Assembly: GCA_002269645.1 (NCBI GenBank)
Contig: NIVC01000254.1
Coordinates: 62,001 to 126,000 of the forward strand
Direction of reading: 5' to 3'
DNA length: 64,000 nucleotides
Origin: Macrostomum lignano
Lineage: Eukaryota
Positions within the stretch are counted from its first letter, which is position 1; each line of letters opens with the position of its first letter. Position numbers and translations under genes: made by a program. This document shows, in pieces, positions 10,671 through 23,469 of the stretch. The notes under the pieces are model-generated. The model was not told where the DNA came from. It saw only the letters and a program-made list of their open reading frames with translations, and did no database searches.

Positions 10671-13623
10671 ATAGCGACGCAGAGAGAAGCACAGACAAAG
10701 AGACATCTAGCTAGTCTTTGCGCGGACGCGTTCGCAGAACAACCGAGAAGGGCAAGTCATAGCGGACTGGGGGCTGAGTCCGATGGCCTGCAAGTTAGTC
10801 AAAAACGTATCATATAGCGTCACAGTTCGGCCTTGTCCACGGCGCAGGCGCTCAGTGGGCTGATGCAGGAGAGCCAGCGCCAGAGGATTTTGCTCGCCGC
10901 GGCCGTAGCTTCTTAGGCTTAAGTGTGGAACTAAATGTGGAACTCCAAATGTCACGATATAACAATATAAACATATCTATAGAGATGCCTATTTATTTAT
11001 TTAGCATTTATATCACAGAAACCGACTCGAAAAATATTTTTAAAAATTGCTTGCAAGTGAGAACATGAAGCACTGGCTGTAAAAATATTAAACATTATTG
11101 TGTGCTAACATGCTAACATAGGTGTGTGTAATTTATTAGATTTCATTTGGCAAAGAAGAAACAATGAAATTTTCGGTGTTGAATAAAGGCCTTTTAAAGA
11201 CTACATCATTGCTAGGTTAAAAAACATGTACGAAATCTTTTTTATTAAAATTGTTTATTACCTGAAAAATTTGTCATTTTTCAATCCTTTATTTTAGGTA
11301 ATAGAGGTGAATCGAGAGAGTATGTAAAATCGCATAGAGGCTTCAGAAAGAGTCCGGCTGCATTTGGAACATTTGGATTTGATCAAATGATTCAAATTTG
11401 GAATATTGAAGCGATGCAAAATCAAGTTGTTAATGTTCGAATTAGCCATTTTTCGAGACAATTCGATGAGCATGATCTGCATGTACACTCTGAATCGTCT
11501 CCAGTTTTTGAGCTCAGCACTGAACAGCATTCAGCAACGAATCATACTAAGGAGTTTGTCTTCCCGGAAGCTGTCAATATTGTCTTTGGTATCAACCGTA
11601 TTGCACTACTATCGAGCTTCGTGTTTGAGTTTAGTGTCGGTGCGTTTTCGAATTTAATTTATCTAGTACTAATATCTAAAAAAAGGCGGAATGATAAGAG
11701 TTATTGTGGGGCTTTAAGGTTGCGAGGCTAAAATTTTGTACCAATAAACCACAGGTAATCATAAGTAAAATGCTGTAATCATTTCCAAATTTTAACAGTC
11801 TATGCATGTATTGAAGCATACGATGGTTCATTTAGTATCTTGTTCAACAAGAGATATAGGAAAACTGCTTGGCTTCTAAGGCTAATCACTATACTAAGCG
11901 TAAAATTACACAAACCGTACCACCTATATTCTGCAGGAAGAACACTATTGCCCGTTGTGCCAGTTTGGTCAGGAACTGCTTTAAGTTTATCCTCATTAAG
12001 ATTGCTCGTGAGATCCGCAACAGCCGATATTCAGGTCTACTGTAAATTTCAGCCGAAGTTTTCCCAGGAAGATGTCTTCGTACAGGTATGGCAGCTCTTT
12101 TTGTTATCAAAATTAAACGTAAAAGTCCCGCCAAAAAAGCTAAAGATTCTAGATACGACTCATACTTTCAGCTAACTCAGGTGGAACCAAATGTTGTCGA
12201 ATCAGAGTTTGTTATCGGCTCCTCAGCTATTCAATGCATCCACAATGTCTGCATCCATCGAGTGACTTGCATAGCTACCTGGGCGGTTGGTTTGCCTAGG
12301 AAGGTTGAACAGATTGTTGCTCTACTCCCAGGTGAGAGAAAAATTAGCCAATTAGTTGCGTTTTTTTTAGTCATAAATCCTAAAATCGAATGCGTCTCTT
12401 CAGCTGATCCAGAAAATGCAACAGTCACGTTAGTTCAACCCAAGCTGTTGTCCTTCGGCATCCTTCAGTTCCGTGTGATTTCGGAGAACTCCTGCCCAAT
12501 AGTGATACACCGGTGTGGGCTGAAAACGGCCAATGGAAGCAATATTCCCGCTATACTGATCAAAAAGGTTCGCATCCAAACAAATGATTTCACAAACAAT
12601 TTCACTTCATCATTTAATCTCAATCGCACATTTTTTTTTCACAGACCGTGTCAGACCCAGTTCTACCAGAGTTTCGCAGCACAGTGACGTCACAGTTCTC
12701 AGCGTTCGCTCATCAAGCAGTCATCAAAGGATCAATCATTAAGTGTCGCCTCTTTAAAGGAAACTTTTTGGAGCGTTCTGTGTTGCACCTATGTGGCGAA
12801 ATTCAAACTGCTGCTTTGACACCAAAATCAGCTAAACTTCCAGGACTCTGGAAGAGATGGGCTCTTGTAGCTTCATCCACAGTAGCAGTCATCGTCATCA
12901 TTGCTTTGTCAGCTCTCTCGCTTGCGCTGCTTTTCAGGCGAAAGAAATATAGGTCTCATAGGACTGTGAACAGAAGCACGGTTTCAGCATCGAGGTTCAG
13001 TCATTATCAAACTGGGGAATATGAAAACTCGGTATGTAATCTGCGGTTTTTCAGGATTATTTATGATATAGTGTCCAAATTGGGAGATAGACTAGCAGAG
13101 ACAGAAGTTGGCGTTGGAGTGAAGCTATTTCTGCGGGTTTGATGAAGGTGTTGATACTGTCGATGTATACCGAACTGTTATAGTACCCAGCTAGCTAAGA
13201 CAACGATCAGCCAGTACGGTCCCCGGAGTAGACTGAGCTTACGAGCTAAATTAGAGTCGACAGCGATACGTTCTAGCTTTGGCAGGAACCCGCGAGCTCG
13301 CCCTGAAAGATGAATTAGAGATTCCTGCCAGAGTCCTGTGTGTAGGTGACATAATTCAAATCATAAGGGAGATTATGCAATGTCTGTATAGCTCTACTAA
13401 TGGGAGCAAAGATAGGTTACCTTACAATCAACTGCAACTTGAAAGACTTCTTCAAGAAGAGAATGGTTTAAAAAACTCTTGACGGCAAGAGACTAGATAC
13501 ATTATGGGGCCTGTACATTACCCTGCTTATTTTAACATGATAATGACAAAATATCAATAGAATCATGCTAAAAACTGTTTAAATTTTCAGGGCATCAGTC
13601 TTACAGGTGTTTATGTCACCTGA
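8168..13623 (+). CDS. CUB-domain type I transmembrane receptor-like gene, paralogue 1 (signal peptide, 4 CUB-like domains, 2 Cys-containing membrane-proximal domains, TM, short tail), about 809 aa, intact
   Basis: Ten exons, all GT-AG and phase-compatible: 8168-8240, 8782-9150, 9316-9660, 10161-10568, 11298-11639, 11937-12085, 12172-12331, 12404-12567, 12645-13031, 13591-13623 (sum 2430 nt). CUB signatures YSSNLDARWVI...LEECCDKIRIYDG...FTSDRS...GF and YPNDFKLSWSI...FETQSSYDYLRLYSG; domains 3 and 4 are degenerate. TM ALVASSTVAVIVIIALSALSLALLF followed by RRKK. Tail ...GEYENS-GISLTGVYVT*. Confidence 0.85.
10642..10947 (-). mobile_element. 5'-truncated RTE-clade LINE in intron 4 of CUB gene 1
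   Basis: 14-bp target duplication AATGTCACGATATA (10628-10641 and 10948-10961). (TA)n tail at the element 3' end. Minus ORF LALALLHQPTERLRRGQGRTVTLYDTFLTNL resembles RTE ORF2 C-termini. Confidence 0.7.
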
Positions 13624-15096
13624 GATGAGAACTTCTGGGGCGATTAAATAGCAATCTATGCAGTTTTTTAGTCAGCTTGTTCAGCAGCCAGCGCATGGAT
13701 TTGAAATCTATAAAAATTCTGTTGATTCCAGCGTACTATTTTGAGTGTTAAACCGAAGTAAATATTCATAAATGCTTAAATTAGCAGTTGTCATTCTTAA
13801 TTTAGAAATTTCTAATCCAGAATTTTAGAACTATTATTACGCTTGTAAAGCGTGAGCCACGAGACTGTTGTCACTCATATTTATCATTAAAATCGACTAA
13901 TCTGAGCTCAATCACCAAAAATTAATTCAATTTTTAATATTCGTTTTCATTTCGCGCTAGTAAGTGTTAACAAGAAAATTGCACCCAGCAGCGAAACATC
14001 AAAAACGTTGAACATCGGATTGTAACAATAGCAAAAATGTATTGTCAGAGTGTCCATTTTTATGTTCTGTCGTCATTGTTTTGTACAATTTTCTTTACTT
14101 GTTTATTAAATATTCTAAAATAACCATTAAATTCTTTGGATGCCTAACTAGTGGTAATAGTTTTGTGTGCTTTGTGAGCGGCGATCGGTGAAGTCGTCGG
14201 CCATAGGAGGCTGGGTTGGCGGCTTAGCCTGTGTTCTGTCAGTCAGCTATGGTATCCTTGACCTGTTCAATTCCTTTTAAATTGTATTCTCGTATTTTGT
14301 GTATTCCTCGTAGCTTTTAACCACTTCATGCCAAATATATAATTTATCGTACGGTGATCCCCTGCTCGTTGCTTTATACTTGCTGTCCTCCACATTTGCT
14401 TTGTTTCCGTTTTTATAACTTCGCCTAAGGCCAAACCTCCAATTGTTCCGAAAATAAATTGCTCTTAACCAGTCGGATAAATGGAGCATCACTAAATTTG
14501 TCGAACTTCAAAAGCTTAAGACACGAAGGAGAGTTTTTGCACGATTTCGAAAGAAGAACTGAACATAGAAATACCTGACAAGTATGCTCATTCACTGTCG
14601 TACTGAACGCAAAATTTCAAGATATGAAATCAGTGTCTCATTTTGCAAGAGTAGGCCTGGACCTATTAATATGTGAAATTGCTGGACTTGATTGTCCGAG
14701 ACGACCGAAATCATTGTCCGAATCATCTTATTTTTATCATGCTTCCAGAAATCTATACTGAGTCTCATACCTTTTAATTTAAATTATTCTTCTACTATCG
14801 AGTCCGCATGTGTTTTGAGCCGTAGTACTAGAAGCTTTAAATATAGAAAAAATGACATGAAATTCTAACAAAAGCTGCTAAAGATGTAAGTCTGTAATTT
14901 AAAACGTCGCTAAATTTAGTAAAAAATTTAGGGAGAGTAAACTGTTTTGCCATATAAAAGAATAAACAGTTCTGTAAACTATTCGAATGCATGATGCGTT
15001 CCGAGTTCTGATATTTCTTCCTCGTTTTCCTCCCACAGCACTATCTATTATTACTGTTGTGTCGTGTAACTTGTCCTGTCAACTTAATGATAATAT

Positions 15097-16680
15097 TGTT
15101 ACGCTGATATTTGTACTATAAGCATGGTGGTATTTCTAGTGCGGATAGAATATCGATCGTGAAGTTTTTCTAAGGTGACCAATATAAATAAAGCAACTGT
15201 GCGCACCTGGCCTTTACTTTGCAACTCAAGGCTCCTCAAGTCTTGGCTACACAACAACTGGCGACGAGGATTGACAAAGATGGCTCTCAATTTTAGCTCA
15301 CCTGCACCATTTCTGTCAGCAAGCGGATCACCGGCGGTCTCATGGAACAGATGGCTGGACGCATTCGACTTCTATTGCCAAGAGCCCAAATCTGGACACC
15401 CCGACCGGCGGGTGAAGAAGCCCCGACAGTTGAGGCTAGGCAACTGGCGACGGTGTGCAGGAACCATCTACTGCACCTTCTCGGCTTCGAGGGGCAGCGG
15501 ATCGCCCGAAATGCGATTGTCGATGGTCATACCTTCTAGCAAACTCGCGATCAGCTGGCGACGGTATTTGGCGACCGACCAAATGTGATGTTGGTGCGTC
15601 ATCGATTCAGGGAGCGACAGCAGCTGCCGGGCGAAGACAGTGTCACGTTGGTCGCAGCGCTACGAGAGCTATCAGCCACGTGTAGCGACGGAACTCTGGC
15701 AGACGAAATTATCCGCGACCAGCTTGCCCATAAGACCAGCAGCACTCGGATTCGCGAGCGTCTTCTGACGGAGGACGCCGCCAGACTGACACTAGAGCAA
15801 GTAGTTGTCATCGAGACCACGATCGAGGACGCGGCGGCAGGCAGCAAGGCAACAGGGCCCCGGCAACGCATCCGATGCGGACGGAGCCGCGAGGTCAAGG
15901 CAAAGTGTCCCACGCACGGCAAGAAATGCAACAGTTGCGGGAAATTGAACCACTTCAGTTAATGCTGCCGCAGCAAGGCAATCCAAGTCAGTTCTCAGCT
16001 GTCTTAACGGATCAATTGGTCTCTTTCTCTGCAGCCAACCAAGAATTAACACGGCCGTGCCTTCGGTTTAGCAGCCGCTGCGCAGCCTGCCACTCGTCAA
16101 GCAGGAACAGGTAGGCGAGGAGCTCGACTGTCTGGAGGCAGCAGGCATCATCGAGCGGGTCAACTCGAGCTCATGGATTTCCAATCTGGTTGACGTGCGC
16201 GAACCAAATAAGTCACTGATCAGCGACCGACATTCGATGCCGCAGCTGGACGAGATATTCGCAAAGATCAAGGCGGCCGGCAGCCGCATGTTCTCCAAGA
16301 TCGACCTCAAGGCGGGCTACAAGCAGATGCAGCTACACGAGTCATCAGGTGGCATAACGACCTTCATTACGCACCAGTGCTCATACTGTTACTGCCGCGT
16401 GCCGTTTGGTCTAGCGCCTGCTCCGGCGGCTTTCCTGAAGATGCTGGACGACCTGGTGACCCCATCTGCCCGTAGTGGAGCACATATTGGATTCCTTCAT
16501 CGTCTTCGGAGCAACTGAGGCCGAACACGACTTGAGACTGCGAGCTCTTCTGAAGCGACTGGAGGACGCCGGCCTCACCGCCAGCAAGGACAAGTGCGAG
16601 CTGCGGAAGATCCAGATAGAGTTTTTCATCCCAGACCAAGGCTTTCAACGAGCTGCGCGCACCGACGAGCAAGGAGCTAC
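15097..16680 (+). mobile_element. Decayed, 3'-truncated Gypsy LTR retrotransposon (5' LTR, PBS, gag and RT fragments)
   Basis: LTR TG..CA 15097-15256. PBS TGGCGACGAGGAT (15259-15271) is complementary to the tRNA-Ser(GCU) 3' end. gag begins at 15280 (MALNFSSPAPFL...WNRWLDAFDFY), with IRDQL...IRERLL and a CNSCGKLNH knuckle. RT motifs FSKIDLKAGY and VPFGL. Multiple frameshifts and stops. Confidence 0.85.
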
Positions 16681-17519
16681 ATGTATGCAAAATGTTAATA
16701 ACTACATGCAACTTTATTGAAATGCTCGTTATGATCTTATTTGAACGTACTTTCCCAGCGGCACTCTTGATTTCTCTGAACTGAAAGACTAGGTAATTTT
16801 TTGGGTGGCTCTCTACTTCAATTTAAAAATATAAGCCAGACCCGATCCTTTATATTCTGTGTGGTCCTTTTATTGCAATCTTTCACAATAATGTATACCT
16901 TATTTCTGACCGACCCTGTGGGTGGCGGTACAATCGCAATCGCGAACTAACGTGTACTTAAGTTGAAATTCAAATCATTTTGATACATTCGTTTGTAAAG
17001 TTTCCATAAATACAATAAACATTATCAATTAATGCTACAATTATTAGAAAAGAATATAGATTTCAGAACCAATTTTGTATTTCAGAGAGTCAGAAATAAC
17101 AGGTTCACGTGTAATTTATAGTTAAGAGCTCGTAGTTTAGAAGTTAGATTTCGAACTGTTATCTAACAAAACGCTAATAAATGTTTACGGAGGATGTATA
17201 TGCGATATGAATAAATAATTAAGCCACTAAATATAAAGCCACTAATATCGCCAAACTATCTTTGCTCTACCATTCGAGATTCGATTGATTATCATCTTAA
17301 ATTGAAATTGCTAATAAGAATCTAAAATCCTGACAGATGAATATCGTAGTACTAACTTTAATAATCAGATATTGGATTACAGTGGCAGGTAAGAAAGCAT
17401 GAAATGCCGAATACATTGCTGTAAGTTTTGTAATACTTTTCCCACTAACTGTACGTCTAGAATTAGCGAATTCACTTGCGAGAAGTTTTGTTTACGTTAA
17501 AAACCGCTAAAATACGAAT

Positions 17520-17830
17520 GTCGGCTACTTTCACAAGCGCTTAACTTGTACTAAACTTGGATTGTAAAGGTTAGCGTTGGTGAAGTTTAGCGCTTGTGAA
17601 GTTTTGCGCTTGTGAAGTTTAGCGTTTGTGAAGTTTAGCGCTTGTGAAGTTTAGCGCTTGTAAAAGTAGGTGCTTTCGCTATACTGAGGTTTAGCGTTTG
17701 TGAAATTTAGCGTTTGTGAAAGTGGGCGGCAAATTTTTAGCTATTATGAAGTTTAGCGCTTGTGAAATTTAGCGCATGTGAAAGTCAATGTCGCTAGCGG
17801 TTATGAAAATTAGCGCTTGTGAAGGCGACC
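17520..17830. mobile_element. Foldback/MULE-like MITE with arrays of 17-bp subterminal repeats (GTTTAGCGCTTGTGAA)
   Basis: More than 10 tandem units, one inverted unit at the left (TTCACAAGCGCT), right end TTGTGAAGGCGACCC. No clear target duplication. Confidence 0.4.
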
Positions 17831-19698
17831 CAATATATCTACGTGTACTATAGTGTATTTACATGTAGATCAATTTTCGTTTACTAACTGAAAAACGGAA
17901 ATACGAGCGTAAAAACAAACCTACTGCGATGTCAGTAACAATGAAATATGTTGTATCGTGAAATATGGCATCGAAGTAATTTGAGTAATACTGAAATGTG
18001 TAGCAACTATGTTGATGAACATAAAAATTATTGTGCATGCATACGCTCGTATTTACTCAAAATTCTATGTCCGATGTTATTTCAGATTCCTGCCCGAACG
18101 CAGACTTCTATACTTCAACAGGAGCTATTGCCTGTCCTGACAGTGCAAACTCCAGCAGTCTTTACGCGAGCAACTTGGATGTACGCTGGGTAATCCGAAC
18201 CTCGGGAACTAAAGTTATTCGCTTTTCGAAACTGGATCTAGAAAAATGCTGCGACAAAATACAAATATTCGTCGGCACCGACACCAACGATACTGATTAT
18301 GAAAGATTTAGACTGACTCACAGAGCCGACGTAATGTCCGAGTTTTGGGTGACTGGAACAACTCTTATTCGATTCACAACTGACGGTTCAGTGCAAAAGA
18401 AAGGCATTCAATTTATATTTGAGTTAAAACAACAGGTTTTACTTTCGGGTGAGTTGCTTGAATTTTGAACTAATCATAACACAAAATTATAACCGCTTTT
18501 CCAAATTCTACTCACCAATCAGCCGCAACAGAGATAATCAAGCATTGAAGCGGAATTCGATCAAGTCATCCAACCTTCGGAAAAACCATGTACCCAAACA
18601 ATTTTAATACGGCTTGGAGCTTTTATGTTCAGCCCGGATACGTTATAAAGATAAGTTTCGTATTATTTTAAACGGAGTTAGCCCATGACTGCCTGAAAAT
18701 CTATGAAGGTATGCTTCCAGACGCAGGAAGCCGCATCTTGGTGAAGTTCTCGGGTGATCGAAGTATTCAAGTGCGCCAGTTTCGTCACAGTGTCACGCTG
18801 GTATTCTCGACTAACAGCTGGATAACCAGCATCGGATTCCACTTTAAGTTTTTCATTACTGAAGAAAGTGAGAAATAGTTTTATTTTAATTATTTATAAA
18901 AAAGTTATAAATGATGGTAGATCGGTTAATAATTATTAAAAAATGTAGAACTGCCATCTTTTTATCTATTATTCGAATGAGAAAAAAGAAAACTGTGGGT
19001 TTGAACTTGGCTTCAGTAACAAATCAATTAGTATATATTAATGAAGCAATGAAGCAATGATGTAAGAAATATTTTTTCTATGACCTCATAAGCTATGAGT
19101 TATGGCATTCGCTTTATATTTTTAGATGCCTGCTCGCAGAAAATTGATTTGATTCAAACAGAAGGCACTGTGAGCAGCGAAAGCAACACGAAGGGAGCCA
19201 TCTCAATGAACTCTGACCAATGGGATCATTGCTGGGTACTAAATACCCTTCTGTCCGTGAAAATTTATTTTTAGGAGCTAAATTTTTTGTCTTCTAGTGA
19301 CGCCGTTTACATTTACGGTAACACGAAAAGCAGTGCTACCCTGTCTGAGTTCTGGCTTACCGGAACAGTATTGTTGCGATTGAAAGCCAGTTCAAGAAAG
19401 TCCGGCGGGAAAACTCTAGCCTTCATGTATAGAATGTTTAATTCGATTTCAGCTGGCTTCCTCGGTGTCAACAATATTCCAGGTAATATAGTTTCTAAAA
19501 TTAAATTTCCTATTAAAAATCTTTGCCGCAATGGACCCGATGAAAAGAAGTACGTTAAGTTTAAACAGGTTTAGGTAAATTTTAACGCTTATTCTGTATC
19601 AATTTTCAGGTATTGGAACTTTTAGAGAGCTTATTAGATCCCAACAGGGGATTCGAAAAAGCCCACCCGCTTACGGCTCATTTGGATACAAAAATATG

Positions 19699-20757
19699 TG
19701 AAATAGATAGCGTTTTTCTCGGGGTGGCCTGGTAGGTCTTTGAATCCCACCGCTGCCACCAGTGAAGTACAATGGGTTTTCTTCCCGGTTTAGGCCCTTG
19801 CGGATTACCTTAATCTTGAGCCTCTTCAGTGGGAAGTTCTCTCAACTCTCTCAGTAGCGTAGGTAGTGCTGCCACCAGTTCCTTCAGGTCTCGGCCTTCG
19901 ATGAGGTGAGCTTCCCGTCGGAACGAAATAAACAAGTCAACGAACTCAGCACAGTGTGCAGATTTGCAGATTAATGAACAAGGCGTCCTGATCAGCAGAT
20001 CCCCGCCGGGCTCAGGGGTGGCTAGGAAGGCAGTGTTAGCCTCCCTTAGGCTTGGGCTTTAGTGGGGTCTCAGTCAGACCAGTACAAACGGATTCAGTAC
20101 GCAAAGGGCACTTAGTTAGACACTGACGCACACGGGTTCTTAGTGAATTCTCCGCAGATAAGAAGCCAAAATCCTTGACGGAAACAAGGGGAGAGGGGTC
20201 CTATTTATAGCCGGGAAACACCCACGCACAAGACCTCGTGACTTGTTCTATTTTTAGAACTGACGTCACTTGAGATCTCGAGGCAGGGTCTCAGTGCGCG
20301 CAAGACCTCGTGACTCGTTCTATTTTTAGAACTGACGTCACTTGAGGTCTCCGGCCAGAGTACACGCGGCTGTGACTCAGTTGCTATTTTTAGCAACATG
20401 AGTCACTCCTCTCCTTAGAGAAGGGAGGGTTCCGAAAGCACGTGATTCTCCCGGTAAACAGGGCCAACGAGTGCAGTAAACATGTTTACTGCACTTTAGG
20501 ACTCGAAGAACGCAGAGTCTGTCATGTGACTTGCTCACATGACAGAGGAAAACGGGACGGGAATGAAACAGAGACAGCCCACAGCAGAGAAGCTAAGGGC
20601 TGAGAACAGAGACGCAGAAGGGCAGAACAGGCCAAGGGCAGCAACAGACGGGCCAAGGGGGCGGGAAGCTGACCAGCGGCAGACAGCAACCCAGGGCGAG
20701 GGCGAGGGAGGCTGCTGACAAAGTGGGACGCCTAACACCAACTAGCGGATCACTACA
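19699..20757 (-). mobile_element. Solo-LTR-like insertion (Gypsy-type) inside exon 5 of CUB gene 2
   Basis: Minus strand TGTAGTGA...TTTCA with 4-bp duplication TATG (19695-19698 and 20758-20761). Removing it restores GYKNMLQIW, matching GFDQMIQIW of gene 1. Confidence 0.9.
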
Positions 20758-21467
20758 TATGCTTCAAATATGGAAGATAGAAGCTATGAATAACAAAGTG
20801 GTGAATTTACGGCTGAGCAAATTTACTGAAGACTTTGATTTGTCTACCTTACTTGTAATTTCTGGTTTTACAAAACTAGTAAAACCGAATTAACATGAGC
20901 ATGACATCGAACAAAGTCTTGGAGTACGTCGTGTTCGAAAATGTAGAGATAATTTTTTTTCTTTACCGCATCGACATTCAATCGAGCTTTATAATGGAGT
21001 TTAGCGTTGGTGAGTACGGCTACGTTTCATATTTTGCATAGATCCGAAGCCATTTATAACTTCTTGCAGTAGGCTTGAAAGGCTTATAAGTATTCCATAT
21101 TGGTATTTTATAAAATAATAACGCGCCTAGCAAGCAAGTTTCCGACCATTCTTTAGCAAAAGTACTGAGGCAGGCCCTATTTTAATATTCTCCTTATTCA
21201 CCTTTGAAAGAACTTATTTCAAATTTCCGTCTGTTATGTCTAGCTACGTATTTTTTTAAATGAAGCATTTGTTTTAGTGAAATAATTTCGTTATAGTCGG
21301 AAAAATTATTTTTGTTAAAATGATACATAAATTTTGTTTCTTCACATCCCACGTACCCCAATCTCCCTCTGCATACTATAAATAAAAAGCGATTTTAGAC
21401 GCGGAGTTTTGCCCGCCGTTTCCCGTTTCTTTAATTCGGTTTAAGAAAGCAAAGCGTTCTGACTTGG

Positions 21468-21685
21468 GGGTGGGGGTTCACAAACTCGAAATTTCACAAC
21501 GTCGAAAGCACCTTCTTTCACAAGGTCGAAATTTCATAACCGAAGTTTCATGTTATGAAACTTCGACCTTATGAAATCTCTTGCTAGAGTTTTCGATGTG
21601 AAATTTCAACCTTGTGAAGTTTCGACCTTGTGAAATAATTTAATTTTCGACGTTGGGAAATTTTGACCTTGTTGAAGCAGCGCCC
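21468..21685. mobile_element. Foldback/MULE-like MITE
   Basis: 10-bp flanking duplication TCTGACTTGG (21458-21467 and 21686-21695), GGG...CCC ends, left units TTCACAAxGTCGAAA inverted against right units TTTCGACCTTGTGAA. Confidence 0.55.
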
Positions 21686-21719
21686 TCTGACTTGGTACTC
21701 TGGGAAGCTGAATTGACAC

Positions 21720-21982
21720 AAGAAGGAAAGAGAGAGAAACCGTAAGAGGACAGAAAGCTTTCGGCCAGTCGGGCAACTCCATCCCAGGATAGCCTAATTC
21801 AGGACTCGAAAAAACGAGAGTAGGAATTTAGAAAGCTAAAAAATTTAGATTACGAGCTAGTGTTTGCCGCTTGACACTGCTACCACGAATACTTCATTGT
21901 GCAAGGAGTCTTAACTGGTAGTAAAATCTGGATCGAATAGCTAGAAGTAGGGCCTACAAAAACTTGGTGGCAGCGTTAGGAT
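21720..21982 (+). mobile_element. Possible truncated LTR end plus tRNA-Leu-type PBS
   Basis: TGGTGGCAGCGTTAGGAT (21965-21982) is a 16/18 match to the PBS-like motif in the solo LTRs and is preceded by ...CTACA. Left boundary undefined. Confidence 0.3.
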
Positions 21983-23469
21983 ATAGTGTATAAACAAATT
22001 AGCCTTAGAACACTTGGTGGGATTTACAAACGTAGAGGAAAAGCCCTCGTACAGTACATACTAAGCAATCCAAATTTGAATGGCTACTCAGATTCGTTTC
22101 CGGTCTTCATTTTATTTCAGGTCGCAATGTAAAGCCGCTCATTGACACCTGGTCAGGTTCAACCGAAAGTCTTAGCTCTCTCAGAGTACTCGTTCATTCA
22201 TCCACTGCAGATGCTCAGACCAGCTGCACAATATTTTCTATGTGCTCAGAGCAACCTGTTACTTTTAAAGTAATATTTAACATATTTGTTGTGTTAATTT
22301 TATATTGTTTGCGGATGTGCTTTGCTTATTACATGTGCCGATGTTGTGTCATATTTATGCCTTGCAGCTAAAGACTATGTACCAAAACGTAGTCGAATCT
22401 GAATTTATAATCGACTCTTCAGCAATTCAATCCATTGGAAATTTCTGCATTCGCAGAATCTCTTGCACTGTCACATGGGCCATTGGACTCCCACGAAAGG
22501 TCGAGCAGGAGACAGTATTACCATCACGTGAGAGAAAGTTTTTAATCTCATATAGTCTGATCTTGAAAATGAATTAATCTTAGATGTGTTTTATTCCAGC
22601 CAACCCAGAGAATGTGAAACTCGAATTAGTTCAACCTAGACTGCTGTCATTTGGAATAATTCAATTCCGTGCCGTGTCCGAGAACTCCTGCCCTAGTGTA
22701 ACACATCGATGTGAGCTGAGGACGTCTAAGGGTACCATTATTCCCGCAATGCTAATAAAAAAGGTTGGCATTCTTTTTTGAATAAAACTGTTGATATAAT
22801 TACCAGTTTAGACGTCACTTTTTTAATTTATATTTCATAGGAAATAACGAACACAGTTGCTCCTCGGTGTATTGGAACGGTAACGTCTCTGTTGTCCGTG
22901 TTTATTAAACCATCAATTATCTCAGTGTCAGCTATTAGCTGTCGTTTGTTAAACGAAAGCCTCTCCGAAAGTTTTATCCTGAAATCGTACCATGGTGAGT
23001 GCAAAGTGCATATCACTAAAAGCATTAAATTGCACTTCACTGTCTGATCAGACTCGATAAACATCAATTTACAGAAGCAGAGCGGAAGAAAATTTTGGAG
23101 AGGCCCAAGGTATTATTTACAAAAATAGTTGGTGTCCTCGTCATCATTATAATCGCTTTGCTGATTTCGATCACCGCGCTATGCTGCAGACGACGCAGAA
23201 ATACTCCAGCTCAAACTGCGATGAGACAACCGGCTTCAAAATTCAGGTTTAGTCGCTACGTTACCGAGGATTACGAAAACTCAGTAAGTTAAAAAACTAA
23301 ATGACAGATTTAAAATACGGCCTACCTAGGGCACATCTGCCTTACAGGATTCCCACGTTGCCAGCGTGTACGTCACCTAAATCAGCTACCATCGACGAGC
23401 TACCAGTCATTTTCAGGATACAGGGCCCGTTCTATAAAGCCATCGTAAGATAAGATCATTCTTAGCTCC

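Larger units (their letters stand above)
17337..23380 (+). pseudogene. CUB-domain receptor-like gene, paralogue 2, disrupted
   Basis: Exons collinear with gene 1: 17337-17388, 18086-18448, 18523-18867, 19126-19482, 19610-21008, 22121-22269, 22368-22527, 22600-22763, 22841-22994, 23075-23283, 23348-23380. In-frame TGA at 18546-18548, a frameshift near 18670, in-frame TAG at 19272-19274, and a 1059-bp LTR inside exon 5. Tail ...EDYENS-DSHVASVYVT*. Confidence 0.85.

Noticed and set aside
14130-14760. Minus ORF 14277-14492 as a gene or transposase relic
   Set aside because: No motif I can recognise and no splice partners.
19742-19761. tRNA-Leu gene
   Set aside because: Only the 3' 20 nt including CCA match and no cloverleaf is present; treated as a PBS-like site.
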